Shown: one piece after another, positions 61,184 to 64,000 of the stretch | How positions within the stretch are numbered: position 1 is the first letter of the stretch | How the letters are laid out: every line of letters starts with the position of its first letter | NCBI GenBank assembly: GCA_900316455.1 | Contig: ONCX01000001.1 | Coordinates: 76,649 to 140,648 of the forward strand | Length of the DNA stretch: 64,000 bases | DNA from: an uncultured Eubacteriales bacterium | GTDB lineage: Bacteria > Bacillota > Clostridia > Oscillospirales > Acutalibacteraceae | Direction of reading: 5' to 3' | Position numbers and translations under genes: made by a program | The notes under the pieces: generated by a model | What the model saw: the letters and a program-made list of their open reading frames with translations, nothing else | Told to the model about the DNA's origin: nothing | Database searches by the model: none

Positions 61184-61933
61184 TTACACACCTCCGAAGC
61201 GACGGTTTCTTCTCGAATATTCGTCGAGAGCTTTTTCCAGATCCTCGGTGGAGAAATCCGGCCAGAGTATCTCGTCCATAAATACATACTCCGAATACGC
61301 CGACTGCCACAGCAGGAAATTTGAAGTGCGGTATTCTCCGCTCGGACGTATAATGAGATCGGGATCGGGCTGTCCGAAGGTATACATATAATCCGAAATC
61401 ATATCCGGATCAATATCCTCGGACTTGATTTTTCCATCCGCCACGTCCCGCGATATATTTCTCACCGCTCTCACTATCTCGTCCCTGCCGCCGTAATTCA
61501 TGGCGATATTGAGTCTCATTCCGGTCTTGTCGGCGGAAATATCCTGCGTTTCCTTGATGAGCTGCTGTATTCTGGGACTGAATGCCGTCACGTCGCCGAT
61601 GAATATTGTACGGATATTTTCCTCGCTGAAATCGCGCAGCGCTTCTATGAGATAATCGTAAAAAATATCCATCAGCGCGTCGATCTCTTCCTTGGGACGT
61701 TTCCAGTTTTCTGTTGAAAATGCGTATACAGTAAGGTTCTTTATGCCGATGCTGTTGGCATATCTGGTGATCTTTTTGAATGTTGCGGCGCCGACCTTGT
61801 GTCCCGCCTGTCTTGGCAGACCTCTTTTTTTCGCCCATCTGCCGTTGCCGTCCATAATAATTCCGACATGCTTTGGCAGAATCCTATTGGAACGGTCAAT
61901 CTTTTCCTGAGCTTGTTTCTTTTTGAATATCAC
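61184..61933 (-). CDS. uppS: isoprenyl transferase (undecaprenyl-diphosphate synthase)
   Basis: HVGIIMDGNGRWAK, FSTENWKRP, IRPSGEYRTSNFLLWQ. GTG 61933 is preferred because the frr terminator hairpin abuts the track's TTG 61984 and leaves no room for an SD. Confidence 0.9.
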   Translation of the reverse strand: MIFKKKQAQEKIDRSNRILPKHVGIIMDGNGRWAKKRGLPRQAGHKVGAATFKKITRYANSIGIKNLTVYAFSTENWKRPKEEIDALMDIFYDYLIEALRDFSEENIRTIFIGDVTAFSPRIQQLIKETQDISADKTGMRLNIAMNYGGRDEIVRAVRNISRDVADGKIKSEDIDPDMISDYMYTFGQPDPDLIIRPSGEYRTSNFLLWQSAYSEYVFMDEILWPDFSTEDLEKALDEYSRRNRRFGGV

Positions 61934-61985
61934 GGCTGTTCTCTCTTTTTCATTATATTTTGCGTTGTTGAAATAATTATCCAAA

Positions 61986-62016
61986 AGCTCCCTTTAGAGC
62001 CTGTTTAAAGGGAGCT
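61986..62016 (-). terminator. hairpin terminator/attenuator after frr
   Basis: 11-bp stem agctcccttta / taaagggagct followed by UUU on the minus strand. Confidence 0.55.
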
Positions 62017-62059
62017 GTCGGGTTTACTCGCAAGTTCGTACTGCAAAGACTCAGGACGG

Positions 62060-62614
62060 TCAGATCTCCATAATTTCCTTTGTCTTGTCCGCCATCACTG
62101 AGTCTATCTGCTTGCAGAATTTATCTGTGATATCCTGAATTTTCTTCTCGCCCTGTTTAAGATCGTCCTCGGTTATTTCGGAGGTCTTCTTCTTTGCCTT
62201 GAGCTTCTCCACAGCGTCGCGGCGTATGGAACGGATCGCCACCTTGCTGTTTTCACCCATCTTGCTTACGTCCTTGGAAAGCTCCTTGCGGCGGTCCTCA
62301 GTGAGCGGCGGGAATACAAGACGGATTATCTTACCGTCATTCTGGGGATTGATTCCGATTTCAGCCTCGTTGATGGCTCTTTCTATCGACTTGAGCGTTT
62401 TGACGTCCCACGGCTGTATCGTCAGTGTCCTCGCTTCGGGAACATTCACGACGGCAAGCTGATTTATCGGCGTCGGAACGCCATAATAATCCACGTTAAC
62501 CTTGGCTATGATAGCGGGATTTGCTCTTCCTGCGCGGAGGGTCTTCAGCTCTTCGGAAAGAACGTCGAGCGTTTTTTCCATCTTTACTTTCATATCGTCA
62601 ATTGTCTTTTTCAT
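62060..62614 (-). CDS. frr: ribosome recycling factor
   Basis: LRAGRANPAI..V.YYG..TPINQLA..P.LTEDRRKEL. 184 aa. Confidence 0.95.
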   Translation of the reverse strand: MKKTIDDMKVKMEKTLDVLSEELKTLRAGRANPAIIAKVNVDYYGVPTPINQLAVVNVPEARTLTIQPWDVKTLKSIERAINEAEIGINPQNDGKIIRLVFPPLTEDRRKELSKDVSKMGENSKVAIRSIRRDAVEKLKAKKKTSEITEDDLKQGEKKIQDITDKFCKQIDSVMADKTKEIMEI

Positions 62615-62661
62615 AAAAAATACCTTCTTTTCAATATATTTAACGCACAGCAGTTCAATGA

Positions 62662-63369
62662 TTAGGGCGTAACGAGCGTGCCGACATTCTCGCCCTGCAT
62701 TGCCCGGACCATATCGTCAGGATTTGCAAGGTTATAGACCTGTATCGGGATTTTATTCTCACGGCACATCGCTGCCGCGGTGCTGTCCATAACCTGTAGA
62801 TTCCTTATCAGCACTTCTTCAAATGAAATTGTGTCAAATTTGACCGCGTTGGGATTTTTCTTGGGGTCGCTGTCGTAAACTCCGTCAACCATAGTCGCCT
62901 TGAAAATAACCTCCGCGTCGATCTCGGCGGCTCTCTGCGCGGCAGCAAGGTCGGTCGAACAGAATGGATTGCCTGTGCCGCAGCCAAAAACCACGATTCT
63001 GCCCTTTTCAAGATGGCGCACGGCGCGGTTGCGAATGTACGGCTCCGCGACGGTATCCATCTGAATTGCCGTCTGAACCCTCACGTCACAGCCGAGCTGT
63101 TCAAGCATATCGCCAACCGCAAGGGCGTTCATAAGAGTGGCAAGCATGCCGATGTGGTCAGCGCGAGTCCTGTCCATGCCTTCCGAGCTTCTGCCCCTCC
63201 AGAAGTTGCCGCCGCCAACGACAATTCCTATCTGTACGCCCATGTCGGCGCACTTCTTGACCGAAGTGCAGATCTTACGGATAACCTCGTCGTTCAGACC
63301 GAAATGCTTATCTCCTGCCAGAGCCTCGCCGCTCAGCTTGAGCAGCACGCGGGAATATTTAGCCTGCAT
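62662..63369 (-). CDS. pyrH: UMP kinase
   Basis: RVLLKLSGEAL, VVGGGNFWRG, GTGNPFCSTD motifs. Start at MQAKYSRV. Confidence 0.93.
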   Translation of the reverse strand: MQAKYSRVLLKLSGEALAGDKHFGLNDEVIRKICTSVKKCADMGVQIGIVVGGGNFWRGRSSEGMDRTRADHIGMLATLMNALAVGDMLEQLGCDVRVQTAIQMDTVAEPYIRNRAVRHLEKGRIVVFGCGTGNPFCSTDLAAAQRAAEIDAEVIFKATMVDGVYDSDPKKNPNAVKFDTISFEEVLIRNLQVMDSTAAAMCRENKIPIQVYNLANPDDMVRAMQGENVGTLVTP

Positions 63370-63643
63370 AATCATCATGCCTCTCATGTTTATTTTTTCC
63401 GCGTTAAAAACACGGAGCTAAAATAACTTTAATTTATTTTACACAAAATAAGCTAAAATGTAAAGACTGAGAGTGCATTTTTATCAATTATTTTACAATT
63501 ACATATAAACATTAAGGCGTACCAAGTCTTTAAATGCCTCGGTACGCCATTCAATCAAATATGGTAAATAAGTGTTTTGATTATCGTATATTTTTAATTA
63601 CGGATTTTCGACATCGACTATCAATCCACTGTTCCGGTATATC

Positions 63644-64000
63644 TCAGCCTTTTAGGGCTTTTTCAGTCCTTTTTGCTGAAGAAACGAAACGAGAAATTAC
63701 AAGCTGTGCGCCAAAGACAATAGCAACCGTAGCGGCTATGGCTGCCAGTATCCACGGCCATATCGGAGCGCTCACGGATTCCTGCGCCTGAATCTCGTCC
63801 GCAGACGACGTTTCTTCAGGTTCTTCCTCGACTTCCTCTATCCAGCTGAGAACGAAAACTCCAAGTTCAGTGGTCTGGAACTGCAGTTTTCCTTCGCTGT
63901 CAGCCATGAACGTTCCGAGCCATACGTAGTCCTCGTCAGTTACCCTGGATATTTCGACTGCGCCGTTTGCGGCTTCGGGACATGATACGTTGACAATTGC
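63644..64000 (-). CDS. C-terminal part of a hypothetical protein with an acidic linker and a C-terminal membrane anchor (5' end outside the window)
   Basis: The frame is open from 64000 through the track ORF (AIVNVSCPEAANGAVEISRVTDEDYVWLGTFMADSEG..). It ends with PIWPWILAAIAATVAIVFGAQLVI plus a basic tail. Confidence 0.5.
   Translation of the reverse strand, partial: AIVNVSCPEAANGAVEISRVTDEDYVWLGTFMADSEGKLQFQTTELGVFVLSWIEEVEEEPEETSSADEIQAQESVSAPIWPWILAAIAATVAIVFGAQLVISRFVSSAKRTEKALKG

Noticed and set aside
61934-61984. TTG 61984 as the uppS start (track ORF)
   Set aside because: The frr terminator hairpin (61986-62016) abuts it and leaves no room for an SD. GTG 61933 gives a normal-length N-terminus before the HVGIIMDGNGRWA motif. 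Uncertainty remains.

Overview
This is a chromosomal window from a Gram-positive, Clostridia-like anaerobe. Supporting signs are Bacillus/Clostridium-type synteny (era-yqzL-recO; pyrH-frr-uppS-cdsA-dxr-rseP; scpA-scpB-ytfI-ytfJ-dac), GGAGG-type ribosome-binding sites, many lipobox lipoproteins and sigma-A-like TTGACA/TATAAT promoters. I call about 65 protein-coding genes, most on the minus strand. One of them, a PP2C phosphatase at the left edge, is missing from the supplied ORF track. I saw no rRNA, tRNA, CRISPR array, prophage or bounded IS element. Most content is housekeeping: mutS2, recO, era, alr, cysK, metY, tcdA, dxr, cdsA, uppS, frr, pyrH, scpAB and rseP. The rest is carbohydrate and envelope functions (GH13 amylase-family lipoprotein, GH133-type debranching enzyme, LtaS-family enzyme, S11 carboxypeptidase), an uncharacterised-type ABC importer and a biotin-dependent carboxyltransferase operon.

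The most interesting locus is a compact, terminator-bounded minus-strand cassette at 44598-46243. Two paralogous ~94-aa lipoprotein-like peptides, which lack Cys apart from their signal/lipobox segments and carry Tyr-containing motifs, are translationally coupled to an anSME-like radical SAM/SPASM enzyme. It matches no RiPP or maturase class I can name.

Secondary observations:
- Two Rpn/PD-(D/E)XK putative-transposase paralogues sit inside housekeeping operons and carry in-frame 12-nt tandem repeats.
- A divergent 12S/1.3S/5S transcarboxylase-like operon has no pump subunit in the window.
- A beta-lactamase-fold protein has apparently degenerate catalytic motifs.
- A polytopic membrane LuxR-type regulator has a 21-bp tandem duplication spanning its stop codon.
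- metY and cysK have structured, unclassified 5' regions.
- There is an orphan XRE-S24 repressor.
- There are VTC-DUF4956, TMEM43-like and CofE-like genes.

All family assignments come from motif recognition by eye. No database search was run.
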